From the NCBI RefSeq assembly GCF_002105155.1, contig NW_019029022.1, positions 124,001 to 188,000 on the forward strand: a stretch of DNA of 64,000 bases, given 5' to 3'. Below, one piece after another: positions 51,405 to 61,671 of the stretch (the stretch's first letter is position 1; each line of letters opens with the position of its first letter). Under the pieces are notes generated by a model that saw only the letters and a list, made by a program, of their open reading frames with translations, did not search any database and was not told the origin of the DNA. Made by a program: the position numbers and the translations under genes. Origin of the DNA: Lobosporangium transversale. Its lineage: Eukaryota.

Positions 51405-53244
51405 TTAGTTGCATTCATCCTCTCCAGGGACAGCAATGCACAGAAAACCAACGCGTAAAGCTTCCTCACTCTCATTCCTTTGACGTATCTGATAGGCCCA
51501 TGCTTCAGATCTGTCCCACAACTCCATCACATCCTTGCCTTCCCTAGCAACATGTTCTGCTTCGACAGTGCACTGAGGTGTCAGGACTATAGCTTCTTTA
51601 GCGGTGCTATGGTGCTTGTAGTCATCCAAGGGATGTGTGATCCTGGCTGGGAAAAGATCCACCCCATCCTTTGTCTTTGTTCCAGTAGTCTCTCCATACG
51701 CAAATTGGATCCACATCGTCTGTACTCGCTCCATGAATCGTTTTTCATCCTCATTCAAGACTTTCTCGAGTGCATAGTCTGGTCCGAACACATACACAAG
51801 ATCAAGACCATGATGCGCACCCCAGCCACGGCCAACAGCATCCACTGCCTCAATAGAGCGTTCAAAATAATACTGAAATAACTTGAACCTTTCTTCTCCC
51901 TCCTTTGAACCCTCGCGCAACGACTGTGTTGATGGTTGGGAGGAGTCCAAATCTTTGCGCTTGGAGAGCACTCGCAAGACAGAGAAAACTGGGTAGGCAA
52001 ACACACAATGATCCAACACTTGCTCAGATACTTTTTTAGCATCTAAATCAGTCTTTGGCTTCCCATATACCTTTTCCCACAATTGTTGGCTGACTTCATC
52101 AGGAGGACAGAACCTCTCGTACAACCTTGGCAGCCCTTTTAGTGTTGTGGGGCCCATGGCCGGTAGAAGCGAGCTCGCCTCATTTAACATGCATCCAGCC
52201 ATGACAGCTTTGACCCCTTGGTCGAACATTTCAGCCTTTTGGGCTCGTATGTAAATATCTTTAGGAACCATCAGTCCGTCCGCATAAGGTGTGACCAGTC
52301 GAACCCTCTTAGAAGATACAGCTAAAGCCAGCTCCATGCTTGGCACTTTTTTCAGTAGCTCAAGCTTCTCTTTCCCGGACAACTCCTTTGGAATATTAAA
52401 ATGATCGACCAGAAAATCAAAGTAAAGCTTTCCTTCCACATGGGGCCGAATGGCTGTAAGAGGGGTAAAAGCGCCAGAATGCATGATCGCTCGATGGAAG
52501 AGGCCATGATGCTGAGGGATTAACATGTGGTAATTGACGCATACAGCACCAGCTGATTGACCCATAGCCGTGATATTGGAGGGATCACCACCAAAAGCTG
52601 CAATGTTGTTGTGGACCCATTCAAACGCAAGACGTTGGTCTTGAAGTCCCCAGTTCCCGGTAGCCCTCTCGTAATCAGTCTTGAGATTTGGATCCGACTC
52701 AATATCTGCAATAAGCTCTGGACAAGAGAAGAACCCGTGGAAGTTAAGTCGATAGTTGGGAACAACCACAATCACAGGACGCCCTAGCTTTGTTGCCTGG
52801 CGGACCAGATTACTGCCATCTAAAATATCCGACTCTTTCTTTTTTTAGTAACTGCTCTCTTCTGCTTCCATTATTATGAGAAGGAAAGGTTCTTATTTTT
52901 AAATGCTTATCAAATCTTACCATAGAGCTCCATAACATTGGCGCCATCACAGGATCCGCCCCCATGAATGAATACAACAACGGCTGCGCCTTTGGATTTT
53001 ACTTCTGCTGTCTCGACCACCTTCTTCTTTAGTGTGTCCTCATGCACAAAAACGTTGAGGTTTAGACAATGTTTCTCATCAAACTCGGTGGTTTCATCGT
53101 CAAAGTCGACAGGTGAAAAAGTATTGATGTGCCTTGAAATGCGCCCTTCTGCTTTGGGTTGAGGACAGACTGGTCTAAAGTGAGCAGAAAAAAAAGAAAC
53201 AAGAGACATTCATTGATATGACTGTATTGAAAGCAAAAAAAGAA

Positions 53245-53278
<34 letters not shown>

Positions 53279-53566
53279 TCGACGACAAATTACAATATTG
53301 CCTGAAGAGGAGTCTTATTGATAGAAATATGTGTATATCTTCATGGTGTCCTTATTCTTGTTGCACTTTGGACACACATACCCTAATTTGGTCGCATCAC
53401 GAACACCGGTCCATGGCTCAGGCTTAACAGCAGGCCGCCATCTCTCCTGAACAACACCGAAGGGAACATTCAAGAAGCGAACAACATCTTTGTTTGGATC
53501 CAATGCACCTTGAATGATACCTTGGTTTGCAATATGAATTTGAGTTGTGTCTGATGGCTGACTCAT
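51405..53566 (-). CDS. Type-B carboxylesterase, paralog 1, 3 exons
   Basis: FLNVPFG, CLNLNVF, FIHGGG, NYRLNFHGF, NWGLQDQRLAFEWV, nucleophile GQSAG, candidate triad Glu (LNE) and His (AHHGLDL). Confidence 0.92.
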
Positions 53567-54197
53567 ATTGGAACAAATAAAAAAAATAAAATTGTGCAAG
53601 AGTGAGAAAAGGATACAGAGCAAAAAGTGTGATGTTCATGATTTTTATTTTTTTTTCCTTTGAGCCTTCCAGGCTTCTGGACCCCTTCTGCCCCTTCAGT
53701 GACACTGATGGCTGTAAATTGTTACGGCAGTGAGACTGATGGGTGTAGATTATCGTGGGAATATTTTCTCCCCAGACTGGGCCACGTGTTACAGGTGTAG
53801 AACTCAAGATTTGGATCATGAGAAATATTCGGTCCACAACAGATGACCAACATTGCTACTCGCGCGCCTTGTAACTAAAAACCATGCTACAATTAAGAAA
53901 TTTGTCAAATCGTCCAGCTTCCCTGTCTGTTTACCCTCTCTGATATTTTTATTTATTTATTTTCTTATTTATTTATTTATTTTACTTTCAATTTCGCTTA
54001 TTGCATTTTGGACTCATTGAGAACTCGAAATATAGAGTTCGTCCAAAGGTAAGTAAAAAAAGAAAACAAAACACTAGCACTCTGAAGGATAGGGAAATGT
54101 GGAAGAAGAAGTTCAGGAAGCTGAGGTTCTTAGGTCGAGACATGTTATCTCCTATATTGCAAAGAAAAGGACAAATAGATTAATAAAGCATTCACAT

Positions 54198-54561
54198 TGT
54201 TGGTTTTAGTTTTAGTCACGTGTAGAGGGTTCGCCACCAACTATTTAACGAGCAACAGCTCAGGAAAATCTGGCTCCTTGTTCCTTATTTTTACACAAGA
54301 GCCATTTGAGTACTGACTGTTCTCGTCCAGGTAAAGAGCCCTCACAACGTTCGTCGTTAGTAGCCATAGATCATTAAAGGTTCCTTATTTTTACACAAGA
54401 GCCATTTGAGTACTGACTGTTCTCGTCCAGTCTTTGAGTAGTGTGTGTGTTCTTTTATTGTGTTAGAATTATTTATCTATCTGCAGCTGGAAGTGACCGG
54501 CTTCATAATCCACCAAAACGACCTAAATCTCCTACCACATCTGCCCCTAAATTTTGCAACA
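54198..54561 (+). repeat. 5' LTR
   Basis: Matches 60763-61126; contains an internal ~51-bp duplication (54280-54330, 54380-54430). Confidence 0.97.
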
Positions 54562-54568
54562 ATATTTC

Positions 54569-54580
54569 TGGTGATCTATG
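54569..54580 (+). promoter_or_regulatory. Primer binding site candidate TGGTGATCTATG
   Basis: Lies 7 nt after the 5' LTR, starts with TGG, and is also complementary to LTR 54365-54376. Confidence 0.6.
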
Positions 54581-57541
54581 CAGGGGGTGGCAGCTACAAT
54601 GTCTTCCAATTTATCGATTCTTCTTACCATGATCCCGAAGTGGCCGTCGGCAGAGGCTGAGGGTCTAACCGCCGCGACATGGATCAGCGATTTTGGAGGT
54701 GTTATCGAAGGAGAAACCCTGAGCAACAAGTTGATGTTCGTCGAGAGGCAGGCGACAGGCAAGATCCAACGCTGGATCAGGCGTTGGAGGATGACAAACA
54801 AGACGAATGGTGCCTGGAGCCAGTTCGTCAGCGATTTCATCATGGAGGCCTCTACCCCTAGAAGCCAGGATGTCACCCTGGACGAGTTGCATTCTATTAA
54901 GCAAGGAGAAGATGAGACGACAGCCAACTATGTACAACGAATGAAACTTACCATGGAACTCCTCGACCCAGAGTCTGGTTGCGACGCACAGCCGTACAAG
55001 ATCCCAACAGCCACCGAGCGTCTACTGGCGTACAGATTTTGCAAGGGTTTGAGGCAAGACCATCCTTTCAAGGTCAAGAACAAAGAAGCGCCTGCGACCT
55101 TGAAGGAAACCTTCGAATCAGTGACACAATTGGTTGAAGGAAATCGTTGGGGCATTGACACCACTGAGAGCCGTGTCATAGCTCGCAGCAACGCTGAGCA
55201 TGCTGCACCAATCGAGACGAATGTTCTGCTTGGATCGACCCTAGTGCCGAGGACGCACTACTCTGGCTTCCTAGCGGACTTCAAAGACGACAAAGAGAAA
55301 GTTAATCAATTAAGCGTAGACGAATTAACAGACATGTTCGGAGCCTGGACCCTTGCTGCCGAGGAGCGAACTCCGGAGGCGCGAATCGCTCAGACTATCT
55401 CAAGAATGAGCCCGGCTGTAGCGAGGCGAGTGTTTGGTTCCTCTGAATTGGCCAAGCATATTAGAGTGGAGGCTAGACCTAATGCCGTGCTCCAACCCGC
55501 CGAAGTTCGAAGTCAGCAGGCTATCCCTATGGCCCGTAGAACCTGCCATAAATGTAATCAAGAGGGGCACCTCTTGTCGTTCTGCCCATTGGTGGAATGC
55601 TTCCGATGTGGCGAGCGAGGCCATACTTCGAAGGTTTGCACTAAGGAACAAGGAAGCCCCGCCACAGGCGCCAATAGCGTCCCATTGGCCACTCAAACTA
55701 ACTCCTCGCTAAGAGTGCAAAGTTTAGAAATCTCCGCCACTAATGTCGCCCAATCATTTATCACGACTAAGCCACAGCGATTAAATTCGACAGGTGCCCA
55801 GCGACGTCGCAGTGAGAGGACAGGCACTCCTGCAGGTCCATCGTCTCAACGAAGAGAGGAAACGAGAGGCACTACTCCACCTGTCCGAGGAATGCAGTGG
55901 GAGGCTGAGGCATCCACTAGTAGTGCGCAACCTTCTGGGGACCCCCACTTCCAGACAGTGACTTTTGATGACAGAGCGGTCGACGGGCGAGAGAATAATG
56001 TTGCAGAAGCTCCAAATGCGACGCCAAAGCGTACCAGGAAGCGTGTCATTCCTGATCCAGTGTTCGTTGATGCGGTCGAAGGATTGAATTTTGATTTGGC
56101 CACTCACTCCAAGTACCGTGGAAAGATGGCAGTGCAACTCAAGGCAGCTGTTACCGAGGCCTGGGCCCGCCATGCCCCTCCAAGAAGAAGCAAGCCTAAG
56201 AGGAGTCAGTCAGCAATAGCTATGGCCAGGAACGTTCAAGGTGGCAAAGGTGATGTCACGACCGTCACCGCCTTGGGACGAGACTTCAACAACGCCGTTA
56301 TTGATCCAGGCAATGACCATACTATGATGGGCCTACATGTGGCAAACGCACTCGGACTGAAGTTAGAGCCTGCTACTCGTGCGGTGCTATTGGCCCATGG
56401 GTCCTTCCAGAAGCTTGCGGGCCGCACAAGACCTATCGATATTTATGTGTCCGGGATCCCCTTGAGAATGTCGATGGGAGTGATCGACTGTAAGGGCACA
56501 TATGACTTCCTCCTTGGCGATGACTGGCTCAAGGCGCTGAAAGCCAAGGCTGATTGGAGCAACGGTATCGTGTACTACGTGGAGAGTGAGGGAAGGACTA
56601 TCACCCTTGGTGGCGGTCTAAATGTTCGCGCCTCAACCCCTCAGCCTACGACATCAACGTACTTGTCTGATGAGAACGATGAGTATGATGATGAGTACGA
56701 CGACTATGAGGATGACGAATCAATCTACGAGACGGAAGAATCCGATGCTGATGCAGGGTACAGAGCCTTGAGAGTGAAGACAATAGAGGTCGGTGACCCG
56801 GATCTGCAGGCGATGACCGCAAGAGTGTTCTCTAGCAAGATACAGTGCGAGAATGACGATGCTCGCGTAAAAAGGCAGCCGTTCGCGGTTGACGGAGTCA
56901 ACGTGGACATCAACCCAAATTTGTCCAATGAGCAGTACGGACAGATTGTGGAGTTACTTGAAAGGAATAAGGACAGGCTGACTACCAACCTTGAGGACCT
57001 CGAAGTGACGTCTATTTTAGAACATGAGATCAACATTCAACCAGGCGCCAAGCCAGTGTACGTAGGATGGTGCAAACGGTACTCGCCGAAGGAGCTTGAC
57101 TTCCTTAAGAAGAGTGTTGATGATGAGCTTAAGGCAGGAAAAATCATAGAGATGGAGAGCGAGTGGTGCGCGCCGCTGAGTCTTGCTCCTAAGAAAGACG
57201 GATCCTTGCGCAAGTGCGTCGCATACATAGGCCTAAATAAGGTTACCGAAAGGGAGAGCTGGCCACTGCCAAACATCGAGGAAATACTTGACAACTTAGG
57301 CGGATTCGAGTACTACAGTAGCCTGGACGGATTTCAAGGTTATTACGTGATTGGCATCAAAAAAGAGCATGTCAAGTATCTTGGCTTCCGTACGCCTTTT
57401 GGGACGTTTGCATACAAGGTAATGCCATTTGGGCTCAAGAACGCGCCACATACCTTCAGTCGCTTCGTTAGAAAGTGTACTCAGACCTTATCGGAAGAGT
57501 GCTTGAGGCGTACATGGACGATGTGTGCGTGCGCACGATGA
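54578..57541 (+). CDS. Gag (two CCHC knuckles)-protease-N-terminal RT polyprotein
   Basis: CHKCNQEGHLLSFC, CFRCGERGHTSKVC; protease AVIDPG...DFLLGDDWL; RT PKKDGSLRKCV, SLDGFQGYY, VMPFGLKNAP. Confidence 0.92.
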   Translation: MQGVAATMSSNLSILLTMIPKWPSAEAEGLTAATWISDFGGVIEGETLSNKLMFVERQATGKIQRWIRRWRMTNKTNGAWSQFVSDFIMEASTPRSQDVTLDELHSIKQGEDETTANYVQRMKLTMELLDPESGCDAQPYKIPTATERLLAYRFCKGLRQDHPFKVKNKEAPATLKETFESVTQLVEGNRWGIDTTESRVIARSNAEHAAPIETNVLLGSTLVPRTHYSGFLADFKDDKEKVNQLSVDELTDMFGAWTLAAEERTPEARIAQTISRMSPAVARRVFGSSELAKHIRVEARPNAVLQPAEVRSQQAIPMARRTCHKCNQEGHLLSFCPLVECFRCGERGHTSKVCTKEQGSPATGANSVPLATQTNSSLRVQSLEISATNVAQSFITTKPQRLNSTGAQRRRSERTGTPAGPSSQRREETRGTTPPVRGMQWEAEASTSSAQPSGDPHFQTVTFDDRAVDGRENNVAEAPNATPKRTRKRVIPDPVFVDAVEGLNFDLATHSKYRGKMAVQLKAAVTEAWARHAPPRRSKPKRSQSAIAMARNVQGGKGDVTTVTALGRDFNNAVIDPGNDHTMMGLHVANALGLKLEPATRAVLLAHGSFQKLAGRTRPIDIYVSGIPLRMSMGVIDCKGTYDFLLGDDWLKALKAKADWSNGIVYYVESEGRTITLGGGLNVRASTPQPTTSTYLSDENDEYDDEYDDYEDDESIYETEESDADAGYRALRVKTIEVGDPDLQAMTARVFSSKIQCENDDARVKRQPFAVDGVNVDINPNLSNEQYGQIVELLERNKDRLTTNLEDLEVTSILEHEINIQPGAKPVYVGWCKRYSPKELDFLKKSVDDELKAGKIIEMESEWCAPLSLAPKKDGSLRKCVAYIGLNKVTERESWPLPNIEEILDNLGGFEYYSSLDGFQGYYVIGIKKEHVKYLGFRTPFGTFAYKVMPFGLKNAPHTFSRFVRKCTQTLSEECLRRTWTMCACAR

Positions 57542-60141
57542 CCTGGGGAGAGCATTTGAGAGCCCTCGATCATACGTTTGCGGCAGCTCGCGCAGGAGGA
57601 GTCAAGTACAAGACTAGTAAGCTCCATTTCGGGTATGACAAGGTGAAGTTTACTGGCCACGTGGTCGGCAAAGATGGAATTGAGGTCATGCCAGACAAAG
57701 TTGACAAGGTCAAGAATTTCACCCCATTACGTAGCAAGGAAGATGTACGTGCATTCTTGGGCTTGACGGGCTACTATCGAAGGTTCGTCGAAAGCTACGC
57801 TCAGATTGCAGAGCCGCTGACGAGGCTCCTCAAGAAAGGTGCAAGCTTCACCATGGGTCCTGAACAGGTGGCCGCAGTAAAGGGTCTCAAAGCCAAGTTA
57901 ATTCAAGCTCCGGTACTTAAGGCTCCAGATTTCGAGAAGGATTGGGTGGTCTCGTGTGACGCCTGCAAATACGCTATGGGCGCAGTGCTAGAACAAGAAG
58001 ATGAGGAGGGTAAGTTGAGACCGGTCTACTTTTACTCGAAGACCTTTCAAGGAGCCGAACGCAACTACTCTACCTTTGAGCAAGAGTGCCTCGCCGTTGT
58101 CATAGCCGTCAAGAAGTTTCGGCCTTACATCCTGGGTAGGTCCGTTGTCGTTTACACAGACCATGCGCCACTCAAATGGTTGTTTTCCAAGACTGATCTG
58201 ACTGGTCGACCTGCGCGGTGGCAGATGATTCTGTCGGAATTCGAGCTGGTCATTAAGACCAAACCAGGTACGAAGAACGGCAATGCAGACGGGATGAGTC
58301 GCATTATGTCGGAAGGAATAGCCACGGATGACATCGATGACGAGGTGCCAGAGTGTCTGAGCCGAAGGGCAGAATCCACAGGAGAAAAGTGGCTGGCGAG
58401 CCAATGGTACGCGAACTTCTACATGTACCTAGCCGAGATGAGACTGGAGTTAGAAGACAAAGTTGAAATGAGGAGGATCAAGAGACAGGCATACAGGTTT
58501 CGACTGACGAAGGAAGGTGACCTACTGTATAGAGATGCCGACAACAGAGAGAAGAGGTGCGTAGTTGAGGATGAAGTCGAGGGTGTGCTGAAGGAGGCAC
58601 ACGACAAGGGCGGTCACTATGGAGCAGAGTCTACCCTAGCAACAGTTCGTGACGTGTGTTGGTGGCCAACGATGAGACGGGATGTATTCCACTGGGTCAA
58701 GTCTTGCGGCCGTTGCCAGCAATTTGGAAGTCGAGTGAAACATAACAGGTTGCATCCTACGGTCTCCGAGTTCCCATTTGAAGTTCTCTTCGTTGACTTG
58801 ATTGAGAACTTAGTCGAAACGCCTAGGGGGATGACCACCATAGTCGTCTTCACAGATTCCTTCACCAAGTGGACTGAAGCACATGCAGTGGCCAACAAAG
58901 GCGCGCAAGGCGTCCTAGCTGTTCTATTTATGAAGATTATCTGTCGGTTCGGGCTCCCTGTTATGATTAGATCGGATGGAGGCCCCGCATTTCGTAACGA
59001 ATTCAAGACTTTCTGTGACCTCTGGGGGATCAAGCACGTCACTGGTTCGACAAGGCATCCGCAAAGTCAGGGACAGGTCGAGGCGACAAATAAGCTTATC
59101 GAGGAGCGACTGAGGAGAGTACTGCCAGCTGGATCTAAGGATTGGGATGCATTCCTACCGAAAGCAGTATTCGACGTGAATTGTCGAGTCGTTAGGAGCA
59201 CAGGAGTGTCGCCAATGGAAGCACTTATGGGCTACACAGGACAGTCAGCGTTACGGCGACTGTTCGCGGACGACAAGTTCCTCGTTTCAGCAGAGGCACC
59301 GGAAGAGAACGATGTAGTCCTAGAAGAAAGCATGGCGAGATTTATCGTAAGAAGAGAGGGAATCCGTGAGTATGCATACTCATGCAAGCTTAATGCCAAT
59401 GACAGGATGAAACGTTACTATGATCGACGTGTTCGCCCACAATCGTTCGAAGTAGGATCAAGGGTTTACATGTTCAATTTGGATTTCGTCACAGGCTTTG
59501 GACGCAAGCTGGAGCCGCGTTGGTTAGGTCCATTTGAAGTAGTCTGGGCGAATGAAAAGGGATCATATGGGATCAAGACGGGTCGAACGCATTATGGCAC
59601 AAAGGATGGGGTAGAAACAATTAATGGAGACTTCCTCAAGCTCGCAACTCAAAGGCAACGATTATGGGAAGATGATTTTATTGAGAACCTACAGAGAGCT
59701 ACTGAGAAGAATCCCCACTACGCCGACACCGAACAACCTCTCGCGCCAGATCAATTACACCAGCCAAGTCTGGGTCGGGGGCGGGAGGACACAGCAAACG
59801 AAGGCACTCCAATCCAATCTCCACATCCCTTGTCGCCAAGGACAGGTCAAGCTCAATCTCGTGACGCTCCTCAGGCGCAAGTTGCACCTTCCGTGAACGA
59901 AGCCTCTCGCGAAGACGCGACTGGTCAGCCAAGCCTCTGGAGAATGCCACCTCGCCGTGAAGAAGATACTTCGCCCGTACGCGTTTCTCAATTGGCTCGT
60001 CTATGTCTTGAAAGGCCTCAGCTGACCGCTTATTTAGCTCTCGAGCGGGGGGGGGAACTGTCTGGGACTGAGGAGATTCTGGAGAAGACTTCTCCGCTGC
60101 AAATGGCGAAACAGAGGAAGGGCCAACCTCGTGGTCAGTAA
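57475..60141 (+). CDS. Remainder of Pol (RT YMDD, RNase H, integrase), joined to the upstream ORF by a frameshift near 57470
   Basis: AYMDDV; FLGLTGYYRRFV; CDACKYAMGAVL; TDHAPL; integrase H..H..CGRC, VD..SDGG..QVE, GPFEV. Confidence 0.92.
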   Translation: MYSDLIGRVLEAYMDDVCVRTMTWGEHLRALDHTFAAARAGGVKYKTSKLHFGYDKVKFTGHVVGKDGIEVMPDKVDKVKNFTPLRSKEDVRAFLGLTGYYRRFVESYAQIAEPLTRLLKKGASFTMGPEQVAAVKGLKAKLIQAPVLKAPDFEKDWVVSCDACKYAMGAVLEQEDEEGKLRPVYFYSKTFQGAERNYSTFEQECLAVVIAVKKFRPYILGRSVVVYTDHAPLKWLFSKTDLTGRPARWQMILSEFELVIKTKPGTKNGNADGMSRIMSEGIATDDIDDEVPECLSRRAESTGEKWLASQWYANFYMYLAEMRLELEDKVEMRRIKRQAYRFRLTKEGDLLYRDADNREKRCVVEDEVEGVLKEAHDKGGHYGAESTLATVRDVCWWPTMRRDVFHWVKSCGRCQQFGSRVKHNRLHPTVSEFPFEVLFVDLIENLVETPRGMTTIVVFTDSFTKWTEAHAVANKGAQGVLAVLFMKIICRFGLPVMIRSDGGPAFRNEFKTFCDLWGIKHVTGSTRHPQSQGQVEATNKLIEERLRRVLPAGSKDWDAFLPKAVFDVNCRVVRSTGVSPMEALMGYTGQSALRRLFADDKFLVSAEAPEENDVVLEESMARFIVRREGIREYAYSCKLNANDRMKRYYDRRVRPQSFEVGSRVYMFNLDFVTGFGRKLEPRWLGPFEVVWANEKGSYGIKTGRTHYGTKDGVETINGDFLKLATQRQRLWEDDFIENLQRATEKNPHYADTEQPLAPDQLHQPSLGRGREDTANEGTPIQSPHPLSPRTGQAQSRDAPQAQVAPSVNEASREDATGQPSLWRMPPRREEDTSPVRVSQLARLCLERPQLTAYLALERGGELSGTEEILEKTSPLQMAKQRKGQPRGQ

Positions 60142-60415
60142 GGGCAACCACCTCAGGAGAAGCAGAAGAAGGGGGAGTGACAACGACGGCAGGAGCAGGA
60201 ACAACGGCAGGAGTAGAAGAAGAAGCAGAAGCAGGAGGAGTGGTAGGGGTCGAAGGAGTGATAGGAGAGTGAGAAGTGGCAGCAGGACGCGACTCTGGAG
60301 ACGTGCCCAAAGACAGACTTAAGCTCTTGTCCGAAGAGGGAAGCATTGTCTTGGTGGAAGTGGTTGGTCTTGGGCAAGGAGGAACCTCGTCTTTCTTAAT
60401 AACAGTGCGGGCCAT
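59699..60415 (-). CDS. Antisense extra ORF of the retrotransposon (238 aa), unknown function
   Basis: ATG at 60415 after a poly-T leader; S/P/T-rich N-half and charged helical C-half; AATAAA on the minus strand at 59677-59682, just after the stop. Confidence 0.65.
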   Translation of the reverse strand: MARTVIKKDEVPPCPRPTTSTKTMLPSSDKSLSLSLGTSPESRPAATSHSPITPSTPTTPPASASSSTPAVVPAPAVVVTPPSSASPEVVALTDHEVGPSSVSPFAAEKSSPESPQSQTVPPPARELNKRSAEAFQDIDEPIEKRVRAKYLLHGEVAFSRGLADQSRLRERLRSRKVQLAPEERHEIELDLSLATRDVEIGLECLRLLCPPAPDPDLAGVIDLAREVVRCRRSGDSSQ

Positions 60416-60762
60416 GATGACGATGAAGTAGTTCAAGCAGGGCAAGGAGGAAGGAGTTGCGAATGAAAAAAAAGAAAAAAAAAAAAAAAAAAAAAGGGAA
60501 TGGAGGAATGAACCAACATTTATGTCCATGGCAACATCATCATGTGGAAGTAATGGCGTGATCACGGATCAAAATGATTGGCCGAAGAAAGAAAATTTTC
60601 CTTGGTCGATGCCAAGGCGAACCAAAGGGTGACAAGAACAATGATGCAATGACCAAAATGCGGGGTAGCAAGAGTCAAGGTGGTAGAAGCGCAAACAGCA
60701 CAATGAGTTTCTTTCTTTTTGAGCTGCGGCTTGGCGGAGCCGAACTTCGCAGCTGGTGGGGG

Positions 60763-61126
60763 TGTTGGTTTTAGTTTTAGTCACGTGTAGAGGGTTCGCC
60801 ACCAACTATTTAACGAGCAACAGCTCAGGAAAATCTGGCTCCTTGTTCCTTATTTTTACACAAGAGCCATTTGAGTACTGACTGTTCTCGTCCAGGTAAA
60901 GAGCCCTCACAACGTTCGTCGTTAGTAGCCATAGATCATTAAAGGTTCCTTATTTTTACACAAGAGCCATTTGAGTACTGACTGTTCTCGTCCAGTCTTT
61001 GAGTAGTGTGTGTGTTCTTTTATTGTGTTAGAATTATTTATCTATCTGCAGCTGGAAGTGACCGGCTTCATAATCCACCAAAACGACCTAAATCTCCTAC
61101 CACATCTGCCCCTAAATTTTGCAACA
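60763..61126 (+). repeat. 3' LTR
   Basis: Preceded by PPT GGTGGGGG (60755-60762); matches the 5' LTR. Confidence 0.97.
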
Positions 61127-61671
61127 ACATCAGTACCCAAAATTCTGTACCTAGATTTTTAGTACAGTAAAGCTTTATAATTGTCCGGAAGGGTCTGAGA
61201 GTGCCTTGTCCCGATATTCAAAAAGTTCATGTTGCGCTCAGACCAGCATTGCAGAGGAGAGCACGAAGATCCCGATGCGTGGTACTAACTAAACATTGGC
61301 CCGAACAAATCCTATGTAAAGTAAAGTTGAATATCTTTTTGTTCAAACAATGGCCTTTCAAAAAAAAAAAAAAAAAAATGGAGAGAAAGGCTTGTCTCGT
61401 TGACAGCCATCTCCCTCGCAATATGAACTAACACATGAACTAGCTTTCTGGCATTTTGGGTACAGAGCGCTTTACTAGATACAGTGTATTAGGATAAATA
61501 AGATATTTCTTTGACCTCTTTCATTAACAGCCCTGAAGCCCTTTATATATCTGCAGCGGAAGTACTCCTATGGAAGATTTGATAAGAGGCAATTAAGGAA
61601 GTATCCTTCTTCAAAATCGCTTTAAGTATTATAAAACACGTCCTTGTCCTCTGGCAGCTTGTGGCCAGTTT

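Larger units (their letters stand above)
54198..61126 (+). mobile_element. Full-length Ty3/Gypsy LTR retrotransposon, recent insertion
   Basis: Two 364-bp LTRs (TGTTG...CAACA) with no differences seen; 4-bp TSD ACAT (54194-54197, 61127-61130); domain order gag-PR-RT-RH-IN; G-rich PPT before the 3' LTR. Confidence 0.97.

Noticed and set aside
56293..56312. Retroelement protease motif DPG instead of D[ST]G as a sign of inactivity
   Set aside because: The catalytic Asp and Gly are kept and such variants occur in LTR elements; not decisive.
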